64,000 nt of DNA from an uncultured Actinomycetes bacterium. GTDB lineage: Bacteria; Actinomycetota; Coriobacteriia; Anaerosomatales; PHET01. A program made the position numbers and the translations under genes. Of this stretch, positions 21,503 to 32,689 are shown one piece after another (positions within the stretch are counted from its first letter, which is position 1; every line of letters begins with the position of its first letter). The DNA is taken from the NCBI GenBank assembly GCA_963726325.1, contig CAVSCA010000004.1, forward strand, positions 8,466 through 72,465. Direction: 5' to 3'. The notes under the pieces are model-generated. The model was given only the letters and a program-made list of their open reading frames with translations. It was not told where the DNA came from and did no database searches.

Positions 21503-22594
21503 GTGCTGCGGGCCCAGCCAGCCCTGCTGCGGGAGCGCGCCGCCGCCCTACGAGTACGGGCCTGCAGCCCTACCTGACCGGCGAGGTCGACACATTCGGG
21601 GGGCCGGTGCCGACGCGTGAGCACCGAGCTCACCGCCGAGGACCTCGCCGGCACGCGCCGGGTGCGGCTCGGCGTGGGCCGCAGCGACTACCGGGTCCGC
21701 CCCCGGCTCTACGCGATCGGGAACCCGGACGACACGTCGCCCGTTCTTGTCACCGGCAACTACAAGCTCACGTTCGACGCCGTGCGAGCGGCCCTAGACG
21801 GGCGCGACGCATGGCTGCTCGTGGTCGACTCACGCGGCATCAACGTCTGGTGCGCGGCCGGCAAGGGGACCTTCAGCACCGCCGAGGTGGTTCGCGGCGT
21901 GCGCGACGCCAAGCTCGAGCAGGTGGTGAGCCACACACGGCTCGTCTTGCCGCAGCTGGCGGCGACCGGTGTGGCCGCTCACGAGGTGCGGGCGCAGTCC
22001 GGGTTCTCGGTGGTGTGGGGCCCCGTGCGCATCGCCGATGCGCCCGCGTTCCTCGACGCCGGGGCGAAGGCGACGCCTGAGATGCGCCGCGTCGAGTTCC
22101 CGATGCGCGAGCGGGCCAAGCTCGTGGGCGTGGAGCTGTCGATCCTGTGGCGGCGTCAGACGTTGCTCGGCATCGGCCTGTTCGTCGCGGCCGCGGTCTT
22201 GCTCGCGCTCGTCGCTCCTCAGGTGCTCGGACCGGCGCTGGTCGGGCTGATCGCCGCCGTGCTGGGCGTGGTCGCCGGCGCGGTACTCGTCCCGCTTCTC
22301 TTGCCGTGGCTGCCGGGCCGCATGTTCTCGCTCAAGGGCGCGGTGGCGGGAGTGCTGCTCATCGTGCCGGTTCTGATGGTGGCGACCGCCCAGCAGCCTG
22401 CGCCGCTGTGGGTGTGGGGCGCTCTGGCATTCGGGGTCGCGGTGGCGAGCTACGTGGCGATGAACTTCACCGGCTCTTCGACGTTCACCTCGCCTTCCGG
22501 AGTCGAGTGGGAGATGCGAAGAGCGATTCCGTTCCAACTGATCGGTGCCGTCGGCGGCGTCGCGCTGTTCGTCGCCGGTGTGGCACTCGGATAG
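21495..22594 (+). CDS. hgcA: Mercury methylation corrinoid protein HgcA (frameshifts in the 5' region)
   Basis: Cap-helix motif GINVWCAAGKGTF, VLVTGNYKLTFD, WGPVR, C-terminal TM helices ending NFTGSSTFTSPSGV. Confidence 0.96.
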
Positions 22595-22603
22595 GAGAGT
22601 CCG

Positions 22604-22882
22604 GTGGCTGGTCTTCGCTACATAGACAACGTGGTGACACTCGAGCTCGATGCCGAGAAGTGCAACGGCTGCATGCTCTGCACCATGGTGTGCCCGCACG
22701 GCGTGTTCGCCGTTGAGGACCGCAAGGCGCGCATCGTCGACCTCAACGCCTGCATGGAGTGCGGTGCGTGCTCGCGCAACTGCGCCCAGGGCGCCATCAC
22801 ACTGGAACCGGGCGTGGGCTGTGCCGCGGCGATCATCAACGGCTGGATCCACGGGACCGAGCCGAGCTGTGACTGCGGCTGA
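22604..22882 (+). CDS. hgcB: Mercury methylation ferredoxin HgcB
   Basis: CNGCMLCTMVCP, diagnostic CMECGAC, GVGCAAAII, C-terminal CDC; directly downstream of hgcA. Confidence 0.96.
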   Translation: MAGLRYIDNVVTLELDAEKCNGCMLCTMVCPHGVFAVEDRKARIVDLNACMECGACSRNCAQGAITLEPGVGCAAAIINGWIHGTEPSCDCG

Positions 22883-23291
22883 TTCGCGCCGGCTTCTGCC
22901 CACCGTCGGCTGGTTCTTGGCGGGATTCCTGTGGCTTTGGCTGGTGAGCGCGCTCGCGGATGCGGCGCTGTCGTCTGTGAGCGGCGTCTTGCAGGTAGTG
23001 GAGCGCTCCCAGTGGGCCGCGAGCCTGTTCCTGTTCGGTGCCGCGTTCACCGCCGCCATCGTCGCGATAGCGGTCGCCCGCCGTCACCTGCGGTGGGGTG
23101 CGGGCACGCTGCGCGCGACGTGGATCGTCGGGTTCATCGACATCGTCATGGGCGTCGCCGCGATCGTCGGGGTGGGCGGCGCCGCTGCGACGGCCTCGCT
23201 CTCGGAGGGCGCCGGCTACCTCGCCGCAGCTGCTGTGTTCGCTGCGGTCTCCTCGATCGCGATCGGCGCCGCGACCGACACCGCCGAGTAG
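22869..23291 (+). CDS. Hypothetical four-TM membrane protein overlapping the hgcB end
   Basis: Hydrophobic ORF; GTG start overlaps the hgcB 3' end. Confidence 0.6.
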   Translation: MTAADSRRLLPTVGWFLAGFLWLWLVSALADAALSSVSGVLQVVERSQWAASLFLFGAAFTAAIVAIAVARRHLRWGAGTLRATWIVGFIDIVMGVAAIVGVGGAAATASLSEGAGYLAAAAVFAAVSSIAIGAATDTAE

Positions 23292-23319
23292 CCCTCGTCT
23301 CGGCGAAACGACGCCGATG

Positions 23320-23794
23320 CTACTTGGCGGCGACGGGGAAGCGCACCTCGGTGAGGTACTCCTCGGGCGGCACTTGGTCCGGATCCGAGAAGTAGACCTC
23401 TTCCGGCGGCCCGGCGATCGCGTAGCCCTGAGCCGGTCAGCCACTGCACGAGCGGCTCGTACACCTCGCCGAGCTGCTCGTACGGGCCCTTGTGCATCGC
23501 GTAGGCGACCATGCGCTCTCCGGTGTGCTTCACTCCGCAACCGGTCTCGTCGGCGGGCTGGTCGTCGGAAGCGCCGGCCACGGGCGCCCAAAGCTCCCAG
23601 AGTGCCTGCTCCTCGGGCACTTCATCGGGCGCGGTCAGATACACCGCCTCCGGCATGCCTTGCGGGGATAGCCCGTGCTGCGCAACCCACCCGTAGAGCA
23701 GTCCGTAGCCCTCGGGAATCTGCGCGTACGGGCCGCGCATCTCGAGGTAGGCGACGGTCTCGTCGGGAACGGTCTTGATCAGTGGCTCGAACAT
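23320..23794 (-). CDS. GyrI-like small-molecule binding domain protein
   Basis: MRGPYAQI, HKGPYEQLGEVY, GPPEEVYFSDP...EVRFPV (frameshift near 23430). Confidence 0.85.
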
Positions 23795-23830
23795 GTCACA
23801 CACCCCCCTGAGGGTGTGTACCCACCGCAC

Positions 23831-24167
23831 CTACAAGGCGGCGGCGACCGCCTGTCCGATCCACAGCACCACCATGCCGGTGACGAGCGTCCACATGCAC
23901 GCTTCTCGTCCTGAGCGCGACGAGCAGTGCCACGACCGCGGCGACCGTGCGTGCCGGCGCGAACGAGTACTCGGTGCCCGTCTTGATGTAGAGGGATCCG
24001 GGCACCACGAGAGCGGTGAGCGCGGCGACGGGCACGTAGCGCAAGAGCCGCTCCGCCCAACGCGGAGTGGCGACCGCGCCGTGCAGCATGATCGGCAGGC
24101 TGCGCATGAGCCAGGTGCCCAGCGCGAGCACCACGATGACGAACCAGAAGGCCGCGGTCTGGCTCAC
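23831..24167 (-). CDS. azlD: AzlD family branched-chain amino acid exporter subunit
   Basis: GTWLMRSLP, LRYVPVAALTALVVP. Confidence 0.8.
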
Positions 24168-24875
24168 GACTGACGCCTCCTTGGCAGCGCCAGGTGCCGC
24201 TCCGCCCCTCCAGGCGCCCCAGGTCATGCCCGCGAGCATCGCCGCGAGCAGCCCGGTCTGCATGGGCAGCAGCGGGACCAGCACCGCGGCCGCCACGCCC
24301 GTGACGACGGCGACCTCGACTTCGATGCGCCCCTTGAGCGCCGGGGCGAGCATCGCCAGAAACACGAGCGGCACCGCGAAGTCGAGCGACAACGAGGCCG
24401 GCAGGAACGAGCCCAGCAGCGCACCGGCGAGCGTGGAGAGCTGCCACACGCTCGCGAGCGCGAGCCAGCAGCCCATGTAGTAGTAGATGACGTCGACGTC
24501 TTCTCGGAAGCGGCCGATCGTCATCGTGGTGGCGTAGTTCTGGTCGACGAGCATGTGGCCGAGCAACGGTCTCAGTCTGGGCGAGGCGTCGCCGAGCACC
24601 GGCGCGATCGAGGTGCTGTAGATGAACATCCGGGCGTTCACCACGAGCGCCGTGCCGATGACCACGGCAAGCGGCGCGCCCTCCTTGAACAGCGCGGTCG
24701 CAACGATCTGCGAGGCTCCGGCGTTGACGAGAAGCGACATGCCCACCGCCTCGGCGACCCCGAAGCCCGCCTCGATCACCGACGCGCCGGCGACAAGGCC
24801 GAACGGCACGATGCCGAGCAAGATGGGCGCGACGTCCTTCGCGCCCGCCTTCAAGCTGTGCGACCTCAGCGTCAC
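24164..24875 (-). CDS. azlC: AzlC family exporter permease
   Basis: PILLGIVPFGLVAG, AGASQ, VNARMFIYS, LDFAVPLVFL. Confidence 0.88.
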
Positions 24876-24994
24876 TCGAACCCCCATCGATGGAACGCCG
24901 ATGGTAGCACGCAGGACTTGACCGAAGTCATATCCTCGCGCGGCGGGCCGGGCGCATGCTGCTGGGACGGATCTCACCCGACAGGAGGCGCTGA

Positions 24995-25642
24995 ATGTCC
25001 GAGGAGTTGGCCACGACCGAGCCGCAACTGCCCCGCGTGTCCGACACCTACGCGCTGGTCTACGCGTTCATCCTGCTCTTCTTGGTACCGGGCTCGATCG
25101 CCGTCGGGCAACTGCCGTTTCGCACGTACACCTTCCAGTACGTGGCGCTCGTGACCGTGCCGTTCGTGCTGGGGCTGCTGCTCACACTGCTGACCGACAG
25201 TCACGACGATTCGAAGACGGTCATCATCCGCATGGCGGTGCTGACGCCGCTCGTCGTGCTGAGCGGCGTGACGGTGCTCTTCCTCAGCTCGCTGATGTTG
25301 GTGCCGATCAACCAGTACCTCGGCCCGGAGTACCGCGCGGTCACGACCCCGCTCGCCGCGCTGCTGCTGGCCGCGCTCGCCTCGCCGCTGGTGATCGCGC
25401 TCGTTCGCCGCTTCAGGTCCCGGATCGACCTGCGGACCGCCGTACAGGCCGTAGCGCTGGTGGGCGCGCTCGCGCTCGTCGCCTACGTCGTCTACATCAG
25501 CGCCTTCGAGGTGGGTCGGATCGGCGAGCTTGCCGACACTGCTCGCAAGGACGTCGTCATCTACATCATCGGCGGGCTGGTCTGGTACGGGCCCGCGTTC
25601 GGGATCGCCGCCGGAGTCTGGCGCAGCACCGGGATCGTCTAG
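24995..25642 (+). CDS. Hypothetical multi-pass membrane protein
   Basis: 215-aa hydrophobic ORF with AGGAGG RBS. Confidence 0.75.
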   Translation: MSEELATTEPQLPRVSDTYALVYAFILLFLVPGSIAVGQLPFRTYTFQYVALVTVPFVLGLLLTLLTDSHDDSKTVIIRMAVLTPLVVLSGVTVLFLSSLMLVPINQYLGPEYRAVTTPLAALLLAALASPLVIALVRRFRSRIDLRTAVQAVALVGALALVAYVVYISAFEVGRIGELADTARKDVVIYIIGGLVWYGPAFGIAAGVWRSTGIV

Positions 25643-26391
25643 ACGGCTCCGCACACAGGGCAGGCTTGGAGGCCGAGCGGGCGCTCCAGCCCGCTGGCGT
25701 CGAGCAGCGCATCGTTCGCGAAGAGCTCGCGCGTGGGCCCATCGGCGGTGATCGTTCCCCCGCTCATCACGATCGTGCGGTCGCACAGGTCCATCGCCAG
25801 GTCCAAGTCGTGCGTCGCGATGATCTTGGTGTGCTCGAACGTGGCGAGCAGCTCGATGAGCCGGCGGCGGGCCCTGGGGTCGAGGTTCGACGAGGGCTCG
25901 TCCATGATGAGCAGGCTCGGGCACATCGCGAGCACGGTGGCGATGGCCACCGCGCGCTTCTCGCCGCCGGACAGCCGGTAGGGCGGCCGGTCTCGGAGTC
26001 GCTCGGCGCCGACCCTTCTCAGCGCGTCGCTCACCCGGCTCTCGATCTCCTCGGGGGGCAGGCCCAGGTTCATCGGCCCGAACGCCACGTCTTCGAACAC
26101 GCTTGGCATGAAGAGCTGATCGTCGGGATCCTGGAACACCATGCCCACCGTCTTGCGAATGTCGCCAAGCGTGGACTTGGTGACGGGCACGTCACCCACT
26201 CGCACCGATCCGGCAGTTGGCAGAAGGAAGCCCAGCAGCTGCATCAGCAGCGTGGACTTGCCGGCGCCGTTCGCGCCAACGAGCGCGATGGACTCCCCAT
26301 GGCCAACGTAGAACGAGACGTCGGAGAGGGCGGTCGTGCCGTCGGGGTATGCGAAGCCCAGGCCGGCTACTTCGATACTGTGGTGGCTCAT
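25639..26391 (-). CDS. cbiO: ECF transporter ATPase (CbiO/NikO)
   Basis: GANGAGKST, FQDPDDQLF, LSGGEKR, MDEP, ATHD. Confidence 0.92.
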   Translation of the reverse strand: MSHHSIEVAGLGFAYPDGTTALSDVSFYVGHGESIALVGANGAGKSTLLMQLLGFLLPTAGSVRVGDVPVTKSTLGDIRKTVGMVFQDPDDQLFMPSVFEDVAFGPMNLGLPPEEIESRVSDALRRVGAERLRDRPPYRLSGGEKRAVAIATVLAMCPSLLIMDEPSSNLDPRARRRLIELLATFEHTKIIATHDLDLAMDLCDRTIVMSGGTITADGPTRELFANDALLDASGLERPLGLQACPVCGAV

Positions 26392-27203
26392 GAGATCAAC
26401 CCCGTCACGAATTGGCCGAGAAGCAGCGGGATGTTGTACGCGCGGAAGATCGACGAACGCCGCCGACCAGCCCGCGATGTAGAGTCCGTCGCGCGTCGCC
26501 GAAGTCGAGCGTTCGCAAGATGCGCACGTGGCCGTCGAAACCGCGCGCAAGCATGGCCTGATACACGTGCTGCGCCCGCGCGTACGTGCGCAGCAGCAGG
26601 TGGCCGAGGATCTGGCTGTAGACACGCATGCCCATCCCGCGCTTGCCGAAGGAGCGGCTCGCGCGGGCACGCGACATGCGCATCGTCTCCTCGCCCAGCA
26701 CGAAGATGTAGCGGTAGAGGAAGAGCAGCTGGGTGGCGAGCACGTCGGGCATGCCGAGTTTCTCGAGGCCCATGCATACACCCGTTGAAGCTGGTCGTGC
26801 CGATGAGTACCAGCGCAGCGCTGATGGTCAGGAAGAACCTGAACATGATCGCGGCGAAGGAGACCCAGCCCCCCGAGATGCTGACGGCTCCGATCTGAAC
26901 GACGGTCGCGGTGTCGAAGAAGGGGTTGAAGATGCCGACGAAGAACGCGAACGGCGCGGCGATGAGCAGCTTGCGCGCGAGGAAGTCGAAGGGGAGGTTG
27001 CCCTCGGCGGCAGTGAAGACCGGGTAGATCACGAAGGGCGCCATCGCGAGCAGGTCGTACTTCCCGAACGACACGACGCACACGAGGAACACGAGCGTCG
27101 TGACGACCTTCGCCCGTGGGTCGAGCCGGTGTACCGGCGTGTCCTGGTACGCGAGCTGGTCGAGCCTGCCGAGGTCGTAGAGGCCCTCTTCGAGTGACGA
27201 CAT
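26388..27203 (-). CDS. cbiQ: ECF transporter T component (CbiQ/NikQ), frameshifted
   Basis: HRLDPRAK, YRYIFVL, ARASR, AMLARGF. Confidence 0.9.
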   Translation of the reverse strand: MSSLEEGLYDLGRLDQLAYQDTPVHRLDPRAKVVTTLVFLVCVVSFGKYDLLAMAPFVIYPVFTAAEGNLPFDFLARKLLIAAPFAFFVGIFNPFFDTATVVQIGAVSISGGWVSFAAIMFRFFLTISAALVLIGTTSFNGCMHGPRETRHARRARHPAALPLPLHLRAGRGDDAHVACPREPLLRQARDGHACLQPDPRPPAAAHVRAGAARVSGHACARFRRPRAHLANARLRRRATDSTSRAGRRRSSIFRAYNIPLLLGQFVTGLIS

Positions 27204-27212
27204 CGCTCGGCC

Positions 27213-27633
27213 CTACGCGATGCCGTCGCCGGTGGTGGTCGCGACGAACTTGCCGTGCTTCACGCCCTTGGTGCCGATGAGCTGAGAGGCGAGCCGGCCG
27301 ATCTCGCGGGCCTGCCCTCGCAGCACCACGACCTCCAGGCAGTTGTGCGCGTCGAGATGGATGTGAAGCGTGGAGATGATCGCGTCGTGGTGCGAGTGCT
27401 GGTGCTCGGTGAGCTTGTCGGACAGGTCGGTGGAGTGGTGGTCGTAGACGAGCGTGACCGTTCCGACGGCCTCGTCCTCGCCCACCTCCCACTGCTCCTC
27501 GACGAGGGCGTTGCGGATGAGGTCGCGAACCGCCTCCGAGCGGTTCACGTAGCCCTTCTCGGCGATCAGAGCGTCGAAGCGCTCCAGCAGCCGTCTCGTC
27601 GGCGGAGATTCCGAATCTGACGACCTCGGGCAT
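27213..27633 (-). CDS. nikR: Nickel-responsive regulator NikR (frameshift near 27595)
   Basis: VRFGIS...[17 protein letters not shown]...[12 protein letters not shown]. Confidence 0.93.
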
Positions 27634-27734
27634 CGTGGAGCCTCCTGAATGCTCGCGCCGTGCTACCGAACCGGGTGTGCTGTGCCACCGGGCGCACGCT
27701 CGAGGACGAGTTCGTGCGAACTGGCCGCAAGCAG

Positions 27735-27801
27735 TTGACGGCGCGGTATGGGGGGACTAGGTTCGACTGGTAGCGTAGCACGAATCGCGATTGCGTAACA
27801 C
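27735..27801 (+). promoter_or_regulatory. cbiM promoter and putative NikR operator
   Basis: TTGACG-N17-TAGGTT (27735-27763); GTAGCAC-N13-GTAACAC (27775-27801). Confidence 0.6.
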
Positions 27802-27851
27802 TCGAGAGCATACGAATTCAGGAAGCGTAATCGCGCAAGGGGGTCACCGGC

Positions 27852-28930
27852 ATGCACATGGCAGACGCGCTCATCTCCCCGGCGGTGGGCGGGGCGATGT
27901 GGGTGGCGACGGCGGCCACCGCGGTCTACTGCGCGAAGAAGGTCCGAGAAGACCCGGACGAGAGCAAGATCCCGCTCATGGGCGTCGCGGGCGCCTTCAT
28001 CTTCGCGGCGCAGATGCTCAACTTCACGATTCCCGCTACCGGATCGAGCGGGCATCTCGGAGGCGGGCTGATTCTGGCAATACTGTTAGGACCAGACGCG
28101 GCGTTTCTCGTGATGGCCTCCGTGCTCGGGGTGCAGGCGCTGTTCTTCGCGGACGGCGGCCTGCTGGCGCTGGGCGCGAACATCTTCAACCTCGGCTTCT
28201 TCCCGGCGTTCGTGGCCTTCCCGTTCGTCTACAAGAAGATCGTGGGCGACAAGCTCACCAACGGCCGGATCATCACCGGCAGCATCGTGGGCGCGATCGT
28301 GGCGCTTCAGCTGGGCGCTCTGGGCGTGGTGCTCGAGACGTTCTTCTCCGGCATCAGCGAGCTGCCGCTGGCGACCTTCCTCGTGCTGATGCTTCCGATC
28401 CACCTCGGCATCGGCCTGGTCGAGGGGCTGGTCACCGCGGGTGTCGTGCTGTTCGTGAAGCAGGCCCAGCCCGAGCTGCTGACGCGCAACGCGACCGAGT
28501 CGTCGCTCAAGGGGCTGAATCTCAAGCCGGTCCTGATCGGACTTCGCCGCGGCTGCGCTCGTCTCGGCGTCGCCGTCGCGTGGTTCGCGTCGACCAATCC
28601 CGACGGCCTCGAGTGGTCGATCGAGAAGGTGGCCGGGATCGGCCGAGATCGAGGGGGCGTCGGTGTCGCTGCATAGCTCGCTCGCCGCGATACAGGAGCG
28701 CACGGCGTTCCTGCCGGGCTACGCGTTCAAGTCCGGAGCCGCCGAGGAGGGCGGCGGCGAGCGAGGCCGCGTCGGCGTGGCCGGCGGTCGACGCCGGAAC
28801 GAGTACCGCGGGAGTCGTGGGCGCCGTGGTCGTGTTCGCGCTCGTGACCGGCATCGGAGTGCTCGTCAGTAGGCGAGCTTCACGACGTCGGACCCATCAG
28901 CATCCTCCTGAGTCGCCAAGAGCGGCCTAA
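27852..28930 (+). CDS. cbiM: ECF S component CbiM/NikM fused to a PDGLE (NikN) domain; frameshifted at 3' end
   Basis: MHMAD N-terminus, GSSGHLGGG, ADGGLLALGAN, ASTNPDGLEW. Confidence 0.9.
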
Positions 28931-29128
28931 CCCAGGTCGCATTCAAGCAGGTCAGGCACGTTCCCGATACCAGACATGACGGGAAGGGAGTGTGCCCGCT
29001 TGTCTGCGCGCGCGCGAAGCACGCCCAACAGGTACCGGACCATGGATCGCCATGGCCCGGGAAGCGGATCTCGATGCCATGGCATCGGGCAGAGACGCGC
29101 GCCTTCGGCCGGCGGGACGGGGCACGCA

Positions 29129-30708
29129 GTGAGAGCGGCTTGGGCCACACACCCTTCGTGCGCGCGTGCTTGGCGCCATGGTCGTGGTCTTCGCGGTGGC
29201 GACCATCTCCTTCCTGGTGCTGCTGAACGGCGTCGTGACGCACTCGTTCTCGGAACTCGAAGCCGAGCAACGTGCTGCAGGACACCGCGCGCGTTCGGAC
29301 GGCCTTCAACACGTACGCGGGCACGTTGCGCGCGGTCGCATCCGACTGGGCGCACTGGACCGAAACGTATGACTTCGTGGCCGGGCGTCTGCCCGAGTAC
29401 CCCGCGCAGAACCTCAGCGTGATGCGCTTGCCAACATCAACGTCGACTTCATGGTCTTCTTGAACGGCGATGGCGAGCCCGTGCAGGCGATCGCAACGGA
29501 CCCTTCACTGGCGATATCGTCGAGCTTCAGGGGCCCATGCAGCATGCTATCGTCAACCTGAATCGGACGGTGGCGCCCGCGAGTTCGACGGGTACCCGAA
29601 GCGGGCTCGTCGTGCTGCCGAGCGGCGTGGCCGCCATGGCGATGGAGCCGATCACCACCAGCGAGGAGAACACCGACCCGAACGGCGTCCTCGTGATCGG
29701 GCGATTCATCGGCGCCGCAGGAGGTCGCCGAGGTGGAGCGCGTGACCAAGCTGAGCGTCTCGGCGGGGCGCCCGTCGGCTCGCGCCTCGATTCTGCCTCG
29801 CCACCCCTATGGTGACGGCGAGGAACTCGGCAAAGCGTACTCCGGGGCGCTGGACGCGAAAGCGAATAGAGAGCTGGGCGACGGTGCGGGGGATGGACGG
29901 AAGGGCGGCGCTCCTCTTCGCGGTCCGGGAGCGCCGAGCGGCGATGGAGCGGGCCTCGGACACCCTGCACTACGTTGGACTCGGGCTGGTGGGATTCTCG
30001 GTGTTCTTCGGCGTCGCACTCGGGTTCACCATGGAGTCGGCGATCATGAGGCGCCTCACCAAGCTCCATGACGAGGTGATCGGGACCAGCGCGAGCGGAG
30101 CGAACGGACGCCGGCTCACCGTCGACGGGAGCGACGAGATCGCCGAGCTGGCACGGGCCCTGAACCGCAACTTCGAAGGGCTCGCCGAGGCGGAGGCGGC
30201 GCTCAAGCACGCGGCCGACCATGACTTCCTCACCGGGCTGCTCAACAGGCGGCGGCTCGAAGAGGACACCGTCAACGCGCTGGCGGAAGCGGAGCGCAAC
30301 GGTCAGACGGTCGCATACATCCTGTTCGACCTTGACGGCTTCAAGAGCATCAACGACAGCATGGGGCATCACTGCGGTGATGCCGTGCTCGTCTGGTTCG
30401 CGGATCTGCTGCGCTCGGAAGTGCGCAGCTACAGCGCGATCGCTCGGGTGGGGGGCGACGAGTTCGCGATCATGATGCCGCGTGCGGGAGACTACGAGGC
30501 CGCCGTTGTGGCGGACCGCGTCATGACCGCACTGTCCGAGCATCCATGCGACGTGTGCTCCGGTGAACCGTTCGTGATGGGGGCCAGCATCGGCATAGCG
30601 GTGACCCCCAGAGACGGCACGAGCCTCGGCGAGCTCAGTTGGGCCGCCGACGATGCGATGTACGCGTCGAAGAGCGCTCGTGCACGCGACTGCGAGGAGT
30701 CCGGCTAG
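29129..30708 (+). CDS. CHASE4-HAMP-GGDEF diguanylate cyclase (frameshifted; start uncertain)
   Basis: DWAHWTETYDFV (CHASE4), DEIAELA (HAMP), DFLTGLLNRR, ARVGGDEF, ADDAMY. Confidence 0.85.
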
Positions 30709-31288
30709 CGCGGTCCGCGCCCCTCGAGCGCCGCTGACACCGTTTGGGCGATCCGGTTCGCTCGCGTCTCCGGGCGCTTGGCGCTCGCGATCCAGTACAG
30801 CGCCAGCTTGCGTGTTCCCGGCGTGAGCGCAGCGAAGGATTCGGCCGCGCTCGCCGCGTCGAGTGCGGACGAGAGGTCGTCGGGCATCACGAGCGCTTCG
30901 ACGTCGTCGAGGATCTGCCACGAGCCGTTCGCCTTGGCCCGCTCGATTGCCGCCTGCCCGGCGGGCTGCATCAGGCCCGCCTGCTGGAGTCTGGCGATCC
31001 GCGCCTTGTTCGGCTTCGACCAGACGCTTCCGGGCTTGCGCGGGGTGAGCAGCTGCTTGAAGCGGTCGGCGTCGAGCCGGCGCACCGTGCTGTCGATCCA
31101 GCCGAAGCACAACGCCTCCTCGACCGCATCGTCGTAGCTCAGCGTCGTGACCTGGTTGCCCTTCTTCCCGATGGCCAGCCAGATACCCGAAGACGTTGCA
31201 TGGTTCGCCTCCAGCCAGTCCCGCCACTCGGCGCGGCTCGCGGCTCGACCAGCGGCAGGTCCTCAAGGCGTGGCTTTGGTGCGGACAT
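30705..31288 (-). CDS. YdeI/OmpD-associated family protein
   Basis: EALCFGWIDS, PRKPGSVWS, WIASAKRPETRANRI. Confidence 0.88.
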
Positions 31289-31356
31289 CGGCTCACCTCC
31301 CGCGGGGACTGTACCCCACGCCGCGACGAGCGAGCCGGCCGCCCGCAAAGAGGGTG

Positions 31357-31403
31357 TTGACAGGCATGCAAGTGGGTACTTACAATGCAAGCAACCACTT
31401 ACA
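31357..31403 (+). promoter_or_regulatory. Promoter with tandem TetR-type operators
   Basis: TTGACA-N18-TACAAT; TGCAAG-N6-CTTACA repeated at 31367-31384 and 31386-31403. Confidence 0.7.
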
Positions 31404-31430
31404 CACATCGAGAGATGATGGGTAGTAGCG

Positions 31431-32028
31431 ATGACCAGAGACACCGAGACAGACATCCTCAACGCAGCAGCAGACCTCTTCGCCGAGCGGGGGTACGCGG
31501 CGACGACCACGCGCGCGATCGCCGAGCGAGCGGGCGTCAACGAAGTGACGCTATTCAGGCGCTTCGAGAGCAAGGCGGGCGTGCTGCGCGCCCTGGGCGA
31601 GCGCTGGGCGCAGACCATGGCGGGCGTGGTGGTGCCCGAGCATGCCCGACCCGTCGGACACGCACGCCACGCTCGCCACGCTCGCCCGCATGGAGATCGA
31701 GGGCGCGGTACGCGACGGCGGCGTCGCGATGCGGCTCGCGTTCGACGCCCGCACCGTCCCGGAGGTCGCCGAGGTCATGGGCGGCGGCCCGGCGGCGAAC
31801 CTCGAGGGTCTCGCGGAGTACCTCGCGAGTCGGCAGCAGGCGGGGGACCTGCGTGGCGACATCGATGCGCGCCTCATGGCCGAGGCGTTCTTCAACGTGA
31901 CGTCGACCATGGTGATGGCGCGGCAGCTTCTCGGCCACTCGGGAAGCCCGGAGGAGCTGGCCACCGACGAGACGGCCTCACAGCTCGTCGAGTTGTTCTG
32001 GAACGGAGTGAGGGGGAGTGAGAGATGA
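31431..32028 (+). CDS. TetR/AcrR family regulator (frameshift near 31640)
   Basis: ILNAAADLFAERGY...IAERAGVNEVTLFRRFESK. Confidence 0.9.
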
Positions 32029-32638
32029 CACGCCGCGGGTTTGTGGCGTGGGAGCTGCGGCCATGGTGGTGGCGGCGGGTGGAGCAGGCGCGAAGGCCGC
32101 AGTGGCGGCCCCGAGGTCGAGGAGATGAGGGAGAGGGACCATGAAGACGCTGGTCGTGTACGGCACGAAGTCGGGCTGCACCGAGGGCATCGCGCAGCGC
32201 ATCGGTGAGCGAATCGCTGCAGGCGGATCGTCGGTCGAGGTCTTGCCTGCCGAGAGGGCGCCGGATCCCTCGGCGTACGACGCCGTCGTCGTGGGCAGCG
32301 GCGTGCGTGCCGGCAACTGGCACGCTCCGGTGAAGCGTTGGGTCGAAGCGAACGCGCAGGCGCTCAAGGTGCGTCCGGTCGCGTTCTACACCTGCGGCCT
32401 GATGATCACGCAGGAGGGCAAGGCCGATGAGGTCCGGGCCTACACAGACCCGATCGTCTCAGGCGACGGCATCGAACCGGTCGACGTAGGACTGTTCGCG
32501 GGCTCGTTCAAGCCGAAGGAGTTCTCGTTCGCCGAGCGCACCGTTCTCAAGCTGATGAAGACGCCGGAGGGCGACTTCCGAGACTGGGACGAGATCGACG
32601 CCTGGGCCGACGAGATCACGCCGGCACTGTCCGCATAG
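32025..32638 (+). CDS. Flavodoxin-domain protein (HemG/Flavodoxin_5-like), possibly with a Tat signal from ATG 32025 (core ORF 32141-32638)
   Basis: YGTKSGCTEGIA, YDAVVVGSGV, GDFRDWDEIDAWA; upstream MTRRGFVA plus hydrophobic stretch is out of frame. Confidence 0.8.
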
Positions 32639-32689
32639 CGGCCGCGGCGCGGCGAGCGGCTCAGGTGACTCGAAGAGGGGATACGGCAG

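Noticed and set aside
22860..22920. hgcB TGA after SCDCG as possible selenocysteine
   Set aside because: Protein already has normal HgcB length with terminal cysteines; no convincing SECIS; the next gene starts over this stop
23796..24977. AzlC-AzlD fusion
   Set aside because: A GTGA start/stop overlap at 24164-24167 fits two genes; the fusion is likely an indel error
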